This document shows, piece after piece, positions 1 through 11,944 of a stretch of DNA of 64,000 bases. The stretch is from contig JAAILG010000769.1 of assembly GCA_012026655.1 (NCBI GenBank), positions 1 to 64,000 on the forward strand, read 5' to 3'. Positions within the stretch are counted from its first letter, which is position 1; each line of letters opens with the position of its first letter. Under the pieces are notes generated by a model. The model made no database searches and had not been told where the DNA came from. It saw nothing but the letters and a program-made list of their open reading frames with translations. This DNA is from Hydrolagus affinis. Lineage: Eukaryota. A program made the translations under genes and the position numbers.

Positions 1-16
1 TTGTTGTTGTTGTGTG

Positions 17-52
<36 letters not shown>

Positions 53-54
53 TA
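1..54. repeat. Compound (TTG)(TG)(TA)(CA) microsatellite
   Basis: Directly visible; the transposon sits in the TA at its end. Confidence 0.9.
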
Positions 55-750
55 CAGGTATCCCGCCGCAACCGCAGCCTCGCCAACCACGAAACTCATG
101 CATCCACGGTTTGCTAAATGCAACAACCCTCGCAAACTGCGTTTTGCGCATCCGCGATTTAAATCCACAGGCTTAAATTTTCAAGTTTAGCGTAGCGTAT
201 AGTACTAGGACCCAGTTGCTATGTCGCAATCAACCAGTGAGATGTCGCTTCTCTCTTAGGATTAAGGTAAATCTCCATTGATTTCTCTCTCTTTCTCTTT
301 CTCTGTGTCTCTCTGTGTCTGCAGACCCTGGCAGCCAATGCTCCCAAACTTACTCCCCCTATCAACACGTCACCCACCACACCACCTACTGCACACCCCC
401 CAACCACCCTCCGTGTCACCCACCCCCCCTCACCCTCCGTATCACCCGCCCCCCGCATCCTCCATGTCACCCACCCCCCAATCCTCCGTGTCACCCACCA
501 TGATTTCTCTCTCTCTCTCTAGATCAGTTGATCAGTCAGACAGCCTCGCGGATTGCTGCAGATGCGCCCAAACTTGCTCTCCCTATCCCCATGTAAGTTA
601 TAACTGTATGGGTTTTTTTTGTGTTTAGTTCTACGAAACGTGAACTTACTCCGCATGTTTCCCATAGGGCCCTGCATTTTCCAACCGCGATTTTACCAAC
701 CACGGAGGTTTAGAGGAACGTATCCCACCGCGGTTGGGGAGGGATACCTG
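55..750. mobile_element. Non-autonomous Tc1/mariner-superfamily (Tigger/pogo-like) DNA transposon, MITE-like
   Basis: 23-bp imperfect TIRs: CAGGTATCCCGCCGCAACCGCAG at 55 and reverse-complement CAGGTATCCCTCCCCAACCGCGG ending at 750. TA on both sides (53-54, 751-752). Subterminal AACCGCG/AACCACG-type repeats; no transposase ORF. Confidence 0.8.
360..500 (+). repeat. C-rich minisatellite inside the transposon (unit about CCTCCGTGTCACCCACCCCCC..)
   Basis: About five degenerate ~26-bp copies; explains the Pro/His-rich spurious ORFs at 219-628. Confidence 0.75.
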
Positions 751-1559
751 TAGTGTTAACTTCAGTTCACCACATTGGTTTGTGTTCCAGACGGGATATA
801 ACAATTATTGACAGAGAATGGTCAGTTAGCATTAAATGTTGGTTACAAAAACTGTCCCACTCAATTCTTATCAGGGCTCGCCAAAACAAATCAACTTGTG
901 CATGGTTTAACTTTTTTTTAAAATCTTATACATTACTTCATACAGCAAAGAAAGTGACTTAAGAACACTATAGTGTTGAATATGCTTGTCAATGTTGTCG
1001 TAACATTTACTTTATCAATCTCCCACTTCAAGCTTGACTCCAGTACACTTCAGTCTGCATTTTAGAAACTTAGCTGAAATTAACCGGATACTGATTGAGT
1101 AACGGACACTTGTCTTCTTGATAACTGAATGATTTTTCAATGTGAGTTATTCCCTTAATTGGAATAAGCACAAAGTGATGAGATGGATAGTGCTGATATA
1201 GTATCTCTACTTGTGGTGAAGCAAAACAAAAGCTGGTCTCACCCATTAATTGCAATAAATTGTGGTTAAACGGTTAATTTCTCACTGACAAGATTCAACA
1301 ATGCGAGTATGTGACAAGAGTGAGTTCTCTTAACCCTTTCAGCTCTGCTGGTGTACATTTTACAATATCCCCTTTTGTTGTTGATCAGTACAGCCCCGGT
1401 TATATTTCAGATACCAGTGTCAAACTGTCCATTTGCTTGTGGTCAGCACAGGTGAGCACGGCTTGCACTATAATCCGTGTTAAGTGAACTTTTAACTTGA
1501 AAAGATAGAAGGGCAAGTTAACAAAGCTGTTTCATTTTTATTAAATGTTAATGAAATTT

Positions 1560-2060
1560 TGGGGGTTATAAATAGTCACATAGAATATTAAATTATAGAG
1601 GTAGTGCTACAATTACCACATTTGGTTTTGGACATCTCACCATTGGAAGGATATCAAGGCCATAGAGAGGGTGCAGAGGAGATTGCCCAAATCCCAAGAC
1701 GTTACCAGGGTTGAGGTGTTTTACTTACGAAAGACTAGGGCTATTTTCCTTCAAACAGAAAAAACCCAATGAAGGCTTTTTTTAATTATTGGGGAAGGGG
1801 TTGATGACTTAAGGGGGTAGAAATTATTTCATTGCCTGGTGATATGGTAACTAGAAGGCAAAGGTTTAAAATCGAATGCGAGGAGAGAATGTTTACGCTA
1901 ATCATGGTTACACTGTTGATGCAATACTTGGTGGTGGAGAGAATCCATCAGTTTATTGAAAAGAATTTGCAAATTACCTGAAAAATAGAAAGGATATGGG
2001 TAAAAGACAGAAGAATTGGACTGAATGACGAGCTCAGTCAAAAGACCAGCAGAGACATTG
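1560..2060 (+). mobile_element. Degraded CR1 LINE 3' fragment
   Basis: Typical CR1 ORF2-end motifs (ggaaggatatc..ccatagagagggtgcagaggaga, gaaagactagggctattttcctt) followed by 3'UTR-like sequence; many indels. Confidence 0.7.
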
Positions 2061-3502
2061 CAATAGACATCAAACATTTATTTTTAAATTATCTTCAAGT
2101 ATCTGAGGGCCCCTTTGCTGTGTGAGATGAGGGTTCTGTTGCTCTGTGTGGTGGGGCGAAGGCTGTTTTGTTCTTTGTGGTAGATTAGAAACTACATCTG
2201 TAAGTTTTTTTTTGTAATGCAAACTCTTGAATCCCTGAAAAATGAATGTTAGTATTTTGACTGTAATAAAGGTACTGTATTTAGGTAGAAAAAGTTCAAG
2301 AACAAGTTGATTTAATCTGCCTTGTTATGATGTCCTCAGAAAACCTTATTTAAAATGAAATTTCTGCTTATGATGGTAATGTTACCAATGGAATGAAATC
2401 AAGTGTCTCAAGGTCTCTTCGTGCTTAACTGCTTCTTCTGCACAATCCAATTGACTGCTTTTTTTCTGAATAAACTCTGAATGTAAAGTAGGCAGAATGT
2501 AAATGTGTGTGATTCAGGATGTGAGCACAATGAATTCTCTGATCCAAGCAAGACATTTTTCATTAGAAATTGCAGCAGTTACTACCCAGCTACACAATTT
2601 CTTCACAATGACAATGGGATACCCTGACACACTCGAGTGGTGCAAGCCGGGGTAATTTCATATCTATTTTAATGATAATATTTGATTTTTAAAAATCTGG
2701 TTTCTTTGGAAAAATGCTTTTATAGAAATAATTTTGTCTATCCATGCTGGCTCTGGTAGGAATTGGATCTGATACCTAGAACTTTATCAAATCATCTACT
2801 TCCCCATTGATTTTTGTTCGAAAAAGCTATAAATCAAAATGTGGTCTCATTCAAGTAGATTCTGCTTGAATTTCCCATTGAGAAACTACATTAAGACAGA
2901 CCATGACACAGAATAATAGTCTTGTCACCACTTATTATTATTTTTTTACGAGCATAATCCATTTAAGGAAAGACATCTGATTGTAGGACTGATAAGATTG
3001 CCAATCTCTCCGAGCTCAGGCATGGACCAAGTGAAGTTGGATTGCTGCAGCCTCATTATTCTGACCTTTTCACTTACTGTCATAATGCATTAAAATGAGC
3101 CATGTTTGTGTGGTTAATATTTCACATTCAGATATTTTTTGAAAATATATTTCTCTCGCCTAAAACTACCCTTCAATTCAATGGAGCATGCTAAATAGTA
3201 CTGATTGGATGTTGCAAGCGAACATTTCAACAATGGATGTCTCATTAGAGCCAAGCACCTGGTAACTATTTAGCTGATGCAGCGCTCTGCTTCGAAGACT
3301 ATCGATTTCAATGCTTATTAAAATAGATTTTTTTTTAGAAGAGTGAAATCTGTGAAATTCTTGCAGCAAATTCAGATTAAATTGGCATGTACCAGTGGCT
3401 CTGGTGTTGCCAGCCTTTATAGAATAAAATTGGTAACTGCATTTTTACGATTTTTAATTCTAAAACTAATACCTTGAAGCTCCAGTGTATTTGAGGGAGA
3501 CT

Positions 3503-3630
3503 GCTGTGTGCAATTGCTTTCATGTTTTGCCCACAAATACCCAGTCAATTCATTTAACAGTGTATCCTCTGAAGTGCTTTGAGATGTCTCGAGGACCTGA
3601 TAAGGCGCTATATCAAATGCAAGGATTATT
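3503..3630 (+). mobile_element. 5'-truncated SINE (L2-type tail)
   Basis: gaagtgctttgagatgtc..gataaggcgctatatcaaatgcaaggattatt, shared with more than 10 other copies in the window. Confidence 0.8.
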
Positions 3631-5164
3631 AAATAAATGAATTAAAATTATAATGCAATTTACAGCCTTTCTTCATAGTGGATCTCAGAAGTATTTGCAT
3701 GCAAAATGTATGGCTTGAAAAAAAACTTGGTATTAATGGAGTGAGGGAAAGCTGTGAGGTTTCATTTCTGACTGCTTTTCAAACATAGTGGCTTGAGTTG
3801 CTATTGATGTCAGAAAACGTCGGCCTCAACAAATATGACCTCTCAATGTACGCATTATGTTTTACATTGCACAAACAGGTAATTGTATTAAACATTGAAT
3901 GATAAAGGGTGAATTTAACAGGGTGATTGGTGTTTGTGGAAGTGTATGGTAGCAAGGGAATGTGGGGGTGGAGAGGAAAGAGGAACAAACAAACCTTGTT
4001 TTTCTTTCAGTCACTATTCAGTTAGATTTGAAGCCACGGCAGTAAATAAATTTTTAGTCATGCTCATTGTTCCATGCAATCCCAAATTTACACATATTGC
4101 CTGACTGTAACTCAAGTCTAATGGGTCAGAATTTGATCCCCTGAATGTGCTATTATAAAGTTTGACACCTAAAGATTTTAGCCTCTGTTCCAAAATATCA
4201 GCAAGGCACATTTTCATTATCAGCAATGCCTATTTGAAAGGTTACAGCCATTCCCCACAAACACTTCATTATCGTGTTCGGATAAGAGCTGCAGTGCCAT
4301 CTGGCACTTGCTGAAAGTGAGGAAGACTGGAGAAATATTAAGGTAATCTATAATGTCATTTTCTGTAGCCTCTTCATTGTATTATTCAGCAGATCTCTTA
4401 GGAACCCTCCACCACAGCCTCTTAGAGATGATGATTACCTACTTTGATGCTCAGGACTGAAGGAGTTTTAAAAATATGAGAGGTCGAACTCTGAAAATAG
4501 TCAGATATGATAGCTGTAAGCCAAGCTCGTAAAAATCTAGTAAAATAATACAAATCAGAAAGCTTTGCAACCTGACCCAAATAGGATCTTTGGGTGCTTA
4601 AGTTGGTTCATTTGAATGTTTCCTTTATGCTTCAGGTATTGTTGCAGAAACACCTGGTACCTTTTTGGTGTGTTCGCCCTTCTTTGGGAGTGATGTGGTG
4701 TTTTAGTGGGGATTTAAAAAAATTTCCCCCATAATATATTTTGAGAATGGGTGTTAAAATGATGGAAGTAAGACTATGCATAACAGTATTTACAAATTAT
4801 AGGTGTGTTATTACTGTCATTCTACATTCAATGCGTCTGCACTTCACTGCTGGGGGGAAATGTAAGAGTTTTATTGAGTGGATTGTAGTATAGAGAAAGC
4901 CACTTTACAAACAGTTATTTTTAAAAATATATATATTTTATTGAGTTTTCTGCATTAAAACTTCAGTACAGAGCAGTGGAGAATAAGTCATCACATTTCG
5001 AACCCAGCCTCTTTCATAGTAATGTACAGACTTCTTAATAAATGCTTTCCCTCATGTTTCATGCAGAATTATAACACTGATCTCGCTGCACAGACTTCCC
5101 TGGATTGCACATGATAGTTCTGGAATTCTCCAACTTTGGAATTGATGAAGCAGTTGCTAAAATC

Positions 5165-5248
5165 TGGGCCACAGTTGCATTCATTCTTCAGCGAGCTTTA
5201 CCTCATAGTTAAACCCACCGACAGCAATGAATGTTGATTGTGACCTTT
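5165..5248 (-). ncRNA. MIR181B: pre-miR-181b hairpin; mature 5p AACAUUCAUUGCUGUCGGUGGGU at 5213-5235, 3p arm about 5175-5195
   Basis: The reverse complement of 5213-5235 is identical to vertebrate miR-181b-5p. Conserved lower stem GGUCACAAUC...CAACUGUGGCC; the arms base-pair. Confidence 0.97.
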
Positions 5249-5354
5249 GCTGGGACTTGCTTCATTTTTGGATTCCCTTAAATTACCTGTAATGATTGTG
5301 TGAGCATCTGCCACAACAGATAGGCTCGGGCAAGCTCGCCCAGAAGCAGGTGAA

Positions 5355-5443
5355 GGCTGGCTACAAGGTACAATCAACGGTCGATGGTTTCTCCAATAGC
5401 ATCAAACTCACCGACAGCGTTGAATGTTCCCTGAAACCACCAG
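5355..5443 (-). ncRNA. MIR181A: pre-miR-181a hairpin; 5p AACAUUCAACGCUGUCGGUGAGU at 5406-5428, 3p ACCAUCGACCGUUGAUUGUACC at 5367-5388
   Basis: Both arms are identical to miR-181a-5p and miR-181a-3p (miR-213). Basal UG at -14/-13 and CNNC motifs 15-21 nt past the 3p end. Lies 193 nt upstream of miR-181b, the canonical a-then-b order. Confidence 0.98.
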
Positions 5444-6407
5444 TAGATAGCTGACACCTTAAAGGTTAAAAAAAACTGAGAATGATTGAAGGTTTCTCAT
5501 TTACATCTGGTCTGAGTTGTCTTAATTCCTTTCCAGTTTTCTGAGAGAATTGTCTATTGCTAAAAGAGCCGCAAATACATTGAGAATTCTGAGTTAAGAG
5601 TGATGTAGAGAAACTCAGCTGACTTCATCACCAGTATTTATGTCTTCGGCAGCCGTGGATTTTTTTAAAAAAATTGGTACAGAAATATCTCCTTTTCTCA
5701 GTCTTTAAAATATTTGTGTTCTGCTTGCAGTCTTAAAGTGATTGATTGCATTTTATAAAGGCATGTTTTCACAAAAAAACTAGTTCAAGTGGAAAGTTTG
5801 TTGGAAAAGGCAATTAAATGTACATTGGTGATGGGAGGAGGAAAAATAAAATCTCTTTGAAATGACATGTTTTGTTTGGGGGTTTTTAAATGACACTGAC
5901 TGTGGATGAAAGTCTTGAATCAGAATATAGGAAAAGAGGATTAATCATAGACTGTATAAAATACTATATATATAACAAAAGCCAATTCCACATTTAATAT
6001 TTCAAACCCAGCAGTTTTTTGTGAATTATTTTTGTCTCTGCATCTTGACTGAGTTCATGCTCACCGCAGCATATGTAAAATATGCTGTTTTGCATGATTT
6101 TGGAGTGTTTATGATGAAGCCAGTTTGCATGACAGATTGAGTGTCTGGATTCTACGTTATAGAACGGCATCTGTTTTAAGTAGCTGTAAATACTGTCCGT
6201 AGAGAGAATAACAAATGCTCATTTTGCATTTCAAAGCTAAATACAGAAGAATCTCAAGTTCAGTTGCAAGAATAAAAGATTGTTTTATGATGTATGGAAC
6301 GGGATTGGAATAGTTTCATACATCTATGCATCAGTGTGAATTTTTAAAAATATTACTTCGTGGAAAGTAGTCGAGAGAAGATGTAATAAAGCAAATAATT
6401 TTTTTTA

Positions 6408-6615
6408 AATAATTTGAAATAGCACCTTTTACATCAGGGGAATTTATCAAAGTGCTTCATAGGATTTACTGTAAAGAGCAATAATTATTTTGTAGGTGAA
6501 CGCAGCAGTGAATTCACACAACAGTGTCCCACAAACAGCTATAAAGTGAATAATTGATTTCTGTTTGGGAGATTGTTGACCAGGACACCAGGAGAGACTC
6601 CCTTTTTGAAAAGGA
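6408..6615 (-). mobile_element. Deu-domain SINE 3' fragment
   Basis: Reverse-oriented tail (atttgaaatagcacctt..aaagtgcttcatagg), body (cacaacagtgtcccacaaacagc) and Deu-like caggacaccaggagagactc. Confidence 0.7.
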
Positions 6616-6899
6616 CTGCACATCCAATGCAGCTGCACTCTCTCCTCTGCCACACGTGTACCTCCCAACCGATATAGAGATTGGTGAATGCATGGCAGAA
6701 AATGAAAGAAACAAGGAACACATTGGTTCAGTAGAGTGACTGAAGTATTATTAATGGGGAAATTAACTTTCATTATTTCTCTTACTGATCCATTTCAATA
6801 CTGTGCAGGGTATTGTGTAAAATGTACAGTATATGAAAAATGCCCAGTGGAACACAAAACAATAGTGTTCTTGCACCATTTTGGAGAGGATGGTGTACT

Positions 6900-7050
6900 T
6901 TAACTAGATAGCTATTGGGGGAGGACAGGTTTGCAGGACTATGGGTGGAGAGCTGGGGAGTGGGATTAGTTTGGATAGCTCTTTTCAAAGAACTGGCAAA
7001 GACACAATGGGCCAAATGGCCTCCTTCTGCACTGTATATTTCTATGATTT
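6900..7050 (+). mobile_element. CR1 LINE 3' terminus
   Basis: ggatagctcttttcaaagaactggcaaagacacaatgggccaaatggcctccttctgcactgta..ttctatgatt: CR1 3' stem-loop plus ATTCTRTG-type terminus. Confidence 0.8.
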
Positions 7051-7844
7051 TTCAGCTTTCACGTTAATATGGCGCACACAGGGATGACTCACGTTTGTTT
7101 TAAAGGGAGCATTCCCCAAAAAACGTGAAGAAATGTACCATAAACAACGGAATTTTTGTTGTATGAGAAGAAAGGAAAAATGGAGAAGAAGATATTGTAC
7201 TTTGTATTTGCTTGTGGATTTCTGCTGTGCAAAATATTTTTATAAATAGACATATTTTCAAAAGAAAAGTGTAATTTGCAAAAATTGTATAGTTATACTG
7301 TATATAATTATACCAGATTGTTGGGCTGTAGCTTGCATAACGTGGATTTTTGGGTTAGGGTGACCCAGACAGACTGATTGTTATAATCTCAATACACAAA
7401 TGTTATAGAGGTTATTTCAAGGCCAAATCACCATCATAGTGAGCCAGAGTTCGTCAAAGAACGAATTGGATTTTGATCACTTTTGGGCTTGTGTTTTCTC
7501 AGAGCTGCTCAGAAGTTTTAACTTTAAAGAAGTTAAGCAGGTAGTTTGCAAAACCAGCCATCCTACCCCAATGTCATTCCTAAAGTGTGTGGGTGTGCAG
7601 CAGATAATGAAAATGTCTGCTCACCATTGTGATCATCACACCAAAGTTTGCACTGTCCATTTCCTGTCAGGCAACATTTCAAATCCACTCAAAACGGATA
7701 AACAAAAGACATCATGTCTTAACCATTGGTTTCCCACACAAGCCTCAAGCAGTTATCTGCAAATATGGTTCTCCATATGGGAGCAAAATTCAGAATTGCT
7801 GAAAAGATATTCTGCCTGGCACATGTGTTCCAAAGGTTCATACA

Positions 7845-7989
7845 TAAACAAAACACAAAATACTACAGATGTTGGGAATCTGAAACCTGTTCTGACGAAG
7901 GGTTGTAGACCCGAAACATTGACTCTTTTTCCTTTCTCCATGGATGCTGCTTGACCTGCTGAGTTTCCCCAGCAACTTTTGTGTTTGTT
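7845..7989 (+). mobile_element. Short hammerhead-core retroelement, copy 1 (single arm)
   Basis: Homologous to 35761-35980 and 61102-61327. Flanking direct repeat ccaaa(g/a)gttcata (7830-7842 / 7990-8002). CTGACGA-A-GGGTT-gta-GACCC-GAAAC at 7892-7917. Confidence 0.75.
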
Positions 7990-8793
7990 CCAAAAGTTCA
8001 TATTTGGCAGTAGCTATGCTGCCAAGGTAACGATTTATCGATGCCATTTCCCCTTATTTGTATAGGCACAGGTACAGTGTGTCAAAAACCTACTTTTTGA
8101 TCCATTTGAACACTTCAAATGATCTCTCAGACCACAAATGGAGTTTAAAAGAACAGTTTCTGATATGCTCACTGAAGATAAAAAGCAGTAAAGGAAAGTA
8201 TCCTCTGACTTAAGGCTTTCACCCACAGGGAGAATTAATTTTTTTATATATATATACTTGGGAAACAGTCTTTTCTAATTATCTTGTGCTGAAATTGGTT
8301 GTCTTCCTCACCATGGGCAAATGGTGAAACTGAAATTAAAAAATGTATATTTTCATGAACTCAAGAACTGATTCATCCTGTTCTGACATAGCAAATCCTA
8401 CGAGCTGCTCTCATGTTGGAATTAGAGGGTGGTGAGATTGGAGGGATGCCTGAATGTAAGTGCCAGTGGCAAAATGCCTAAGTAGACCGGAGCTCCAGGG
8501 CGGCCAAGGTCTCCTCAAGCTACGAGGAATTTAAAAAGTGTCTGCTACAGCTTGAGTAAAATTAGACCTTTTAAACAAGGATCTGGATATTGTTGCTTTT
8601 ATTGGGTACAATTGCTGTACTTCGAAAACTCGCAGCTGATCGCACATTGTGTTATTCTCAAGTGCAGTGACTTTCGTTACATAGGGAAACACAACAGCGA
8701 ACACGTTCCACAACCAATTAGTCTGTTTTGGTGAATTTGGATGAGTTAAACACATGCACGTGTGCAAAGACTGAGGCTAAAAGAAACACTTAC

Positions 8794-8865
8794 CGTATGG
8801 ACTGTGAGAATGAATATAGCCACTCCATTCAATCTCACTTTGCAGGAAAATGTTCAGCAGTGGAC
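8794..8865 (-). ncRNA. Candidate 72-nt internal exon of the miR-181 host transcript
   Basis: Minus-strand acceptor ttctctgtctttttag|G and donor ACG|gtaagt, both near consensus; 3.4 kb upstream of the hairpins on the same strand. No transcript evidence. Confidence 0.45.
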
Positions 8866-11800
8866 CTAAAAAGACAGAGAATTGAATCATGAAATAATTG
8901 TTAAATTAATCAGCTTAAGTAGGTTTCAAAACACTGTATGCAGATTCAAGTATGAACAATGGGTCAGATGATGAAGGGTGCAATAGATGTGATTTAGTTT
9001 TGCTTTCATGATCATATCTACCAAATATGATTGACTACCAATTGTGATTATCAAAATTGAAAACCATCAAATGTTTGAAGTCAACATAGTGAGGGACTTG
9101 TTACTGCTAACTTTTCAGGCAAGTTGCAGAATTCTATTCTACAGGATACCGCACTCTGAATGATAGTAGGCATCAAAAAAAACTTTGCTAAATGTATGAT
9201 GAAGCCTTTCTTTTTGATCTTTTTGTCTCAGTTGGACTAAAAGCATTGAACGACAACTAATTCATTTTGGATCAGCAAATAAGTTGCATTGAAACTGATG
9301 ATTCATTCTGTGAGTCAAGAGGTCGTTTTATTCTTTGTTTCAGTCAGCTCCAACTGACTTTCACAAATGTTTCATTCAGTTTGAGTCTTGGTGATTGCAA
9401 AACAAAATTGTCACATCCGAGGCACATAAAACCTGCATCATCATGCTAGTTTTCTAGTTGCTAATAATTCTGAGATTACTAAGAGGTATGAAATGAATCT
9501 GAACTCGAGTGGAAGGTATTCTTTTGAGTGAGTGCAGCAAGTGTATATGCTTTTACAGTGCAAATCTAGTTTGCTGGATGAGCAGAAATCTAATGTCCTG
9601 GAAAAATGCCAAAGAACAGCTATTATTGACTATGCAAAATCCACATATGGGTGTTAAACTATAGCAAAAGATTTGAGCTTTGAGAATGTTTCAAAGCACT
9701 TCACAGAGCATACTGTATATTTTGTGGGTGTTATAAAGAGAGAACTTTCTATAAATACTGTATTGTGATTATTTCCTTGTAATTCAGCCTAATGAAAATA
9801 AAATGTGTATATGTGTATGCATGTCAGATTTATACTACATTGCCATTTATCATTTAAATCTACATATTCTCTGTTGTCTTAGATTTCCAGTATTCAAAGT
9901 TTGTGATGGAAATTAATCTGTAAGGAAAGCAAAATGCAAGTAAATTTTCATTGTGTACACTTCAGACTCGTGTCCCAAAGATTGGCGGTACTACAAAATA
10001 TAGTGTCAGCTAGTGTGTTATCCAAAAAATATTTTATAAGCAACCATCAAGACATAGCCCAGAAATTTGACATCAAACTATAAGTGACAGAAGTAGTCCT
10101 GGAAATAGTTTCTGTTCCTCGCTGATGTCCTCAAGGAACTTAGATGCTGAGCTGCAAGAGGCATTCATCATGGGAACAGACAGTATCTCTTGGCTGAAGA
10201 CAAATCCTAAATTTAAGTAACTGTCTTCACCAACCCATCTGGAGGGCAAGTGTGTGAAATAGAGCATGTCTTCTTGGATCACCTATTATTGCCTGTCCTA
10301 TGCAATCTGACCTCAATTTACTGCACAGCTTTAGCTGCGAGGGAGATGAGATTTTGTTCCAAGAAGGAATATACCCTGATTTCTATCCCAACTGTCTATT
10401 TACTTACACAAATCAAATTGATCTCTGCTCTTTAATTATTAAGAGAATATTATGCACAAAACTCAGGCGTTTTATTTCAGGTAATCTTTTCAAGTGACAA
10501 ACAGCAGTGGTAAATGCAACAAGATTAGTGCTCTTCTAAACCATCAGCTCAATATAATGGTGCTCAACAGTGTCAGCAGAAAATTGCAGGGAAGTTTGAC
10601 TCTGTGAGAAAGGTCCATTTCTGCCAGCATTATCCTCCTCCTTCCCTGACTGATGTGGTCAGGCTGAGAGCTGGTTGAAACCTACTCAATGAGGCATGTA
10701 AGGTTCAAATATTGGCTAAGTCTAGCCATTTGAAGTTACAAATTCTATTTGGGAGTCACACTCTACAGTAGAGTTGGGTCACCCCAACAGCAAATGTTTT
10801 TAATTTTAAAAGTGCCCACATTATATATAAAACTGTTTTTTTTAAAGTGCTGCATTCAATTTCATGTTCTTTTAGGAACATTTTGATTGATGAATTTCCA
10901 TGAAAAACACCCAGATGAAACGAGCTAGAGCTATATTAACAATACAGATTCCACCCACGCTCAGTGAGTGTGGTTTGTACTTAATGTGGTTATGCTATTT
11001 CAGGAGATCCAATCCAGCAATGAGGAGGGTCATTGTTGAGTTGATACGCTCCATACTGTGTGGTGATTATTTTTGAATGTTCTGTCCAGATTGAAGTGAC
11101 TTTGCAATGCTGTGGTATTGCAGATGCCAGATCATGAGTAGCAGCATTAACTCACTAGGAAAAACTCAAAGTTCCCACGCCAGCACATACCTATTGTAAC
11201 TCAAACCGTCTGCAAACGAAAAGACCTTTGCTCATCTTTCAGGAGATACAGATGCAACCACAAGTAACCTTTCCACCCAAATGAATGATAATTGCTCTTC
11301 TGTTTGTCCAATCTGAGTTTTTTCAGAAAAGAGCGATTCTGATCTATTCTGCGTTCCACATGCAGTCGCTTCCAACATGTGTCATGCTGACTGAAATACA
11401 GTTCTGACAAAAGCTAATCTTTACCAAATTGAAACTGATTTCCACTAAAAGTATAGTTGCATACAGTTTCTTATTCTATAAGATTTTTAGATGTCTTGCA
11501 CAATATTACACCACAATCAGCTGCAATGACGGCTTTCTTGTGATTGTTAGTATTGTATATTGAATACTATGAAGCATTTTAACAACAAAATAATTAAATT
11601 GTCATTCGTCCATATCTTGATGTGCCTTAAATTTATGCAGTGAGTGGGAGTCTCCTAGTTACATTTTCTTTCACTCATCTACATGATCTGAGAATAAATT
11701 GAAAGATATACAATTGCAATGTAAACTATTAGCTCGGAGTTTAAGTACCAAACAGTTTCTAACGCATTTTCTGAATTTCAGACACAAGATATATTTATGT

Positions 11801-11944
11801 TCTATATGGAATTTTCAAACCAGCATGCGAGCAACAAGATTAACTTCACATGAAACTGATGGTGGAATTTCCCCCTCAATTTTCTATTAATAAAAGAGAA
11901 TTTACTTTTCCCCCTCCCCACTTTATTCATTTCATGGCAGTTGT

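Noticed and set aside
219-628. Pro/His-rich and Gly-rich ORFs
   Set aside because: Translations of the C-rich minisatellite inside the DNA transposon.
4014-4230. 70-aa minus-strand ORF behind an AG acceptor
   Set aside because: No recognisable homology, no good donor and no partner exons.
5287-5430. Apparent minus-strand coding exons (SLHLLLGELARAYLLWQMLTQSLQ; tttcag|GGAACATTC..|gtgagt)
   Set aside because: The splice-like signals overlap the miR-181a hairpin and the inter-miRNA spacer; there is no continuing coding structure.
7439-8047. Longest ORF (171 aa) and overlapping ORFs
   Set aside because: No domain signature; the ends run through the repeat element and give the same peptides as ORFs at 35.6-36.0 kb and 61.1 kb.
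10073-10282. ORF with SYLNLGFVFSQ, faintly like the RT-thumb YLG motif
   Set aside because: Single weak motif with no supporting RT motifs; cannot be called without a profile search.
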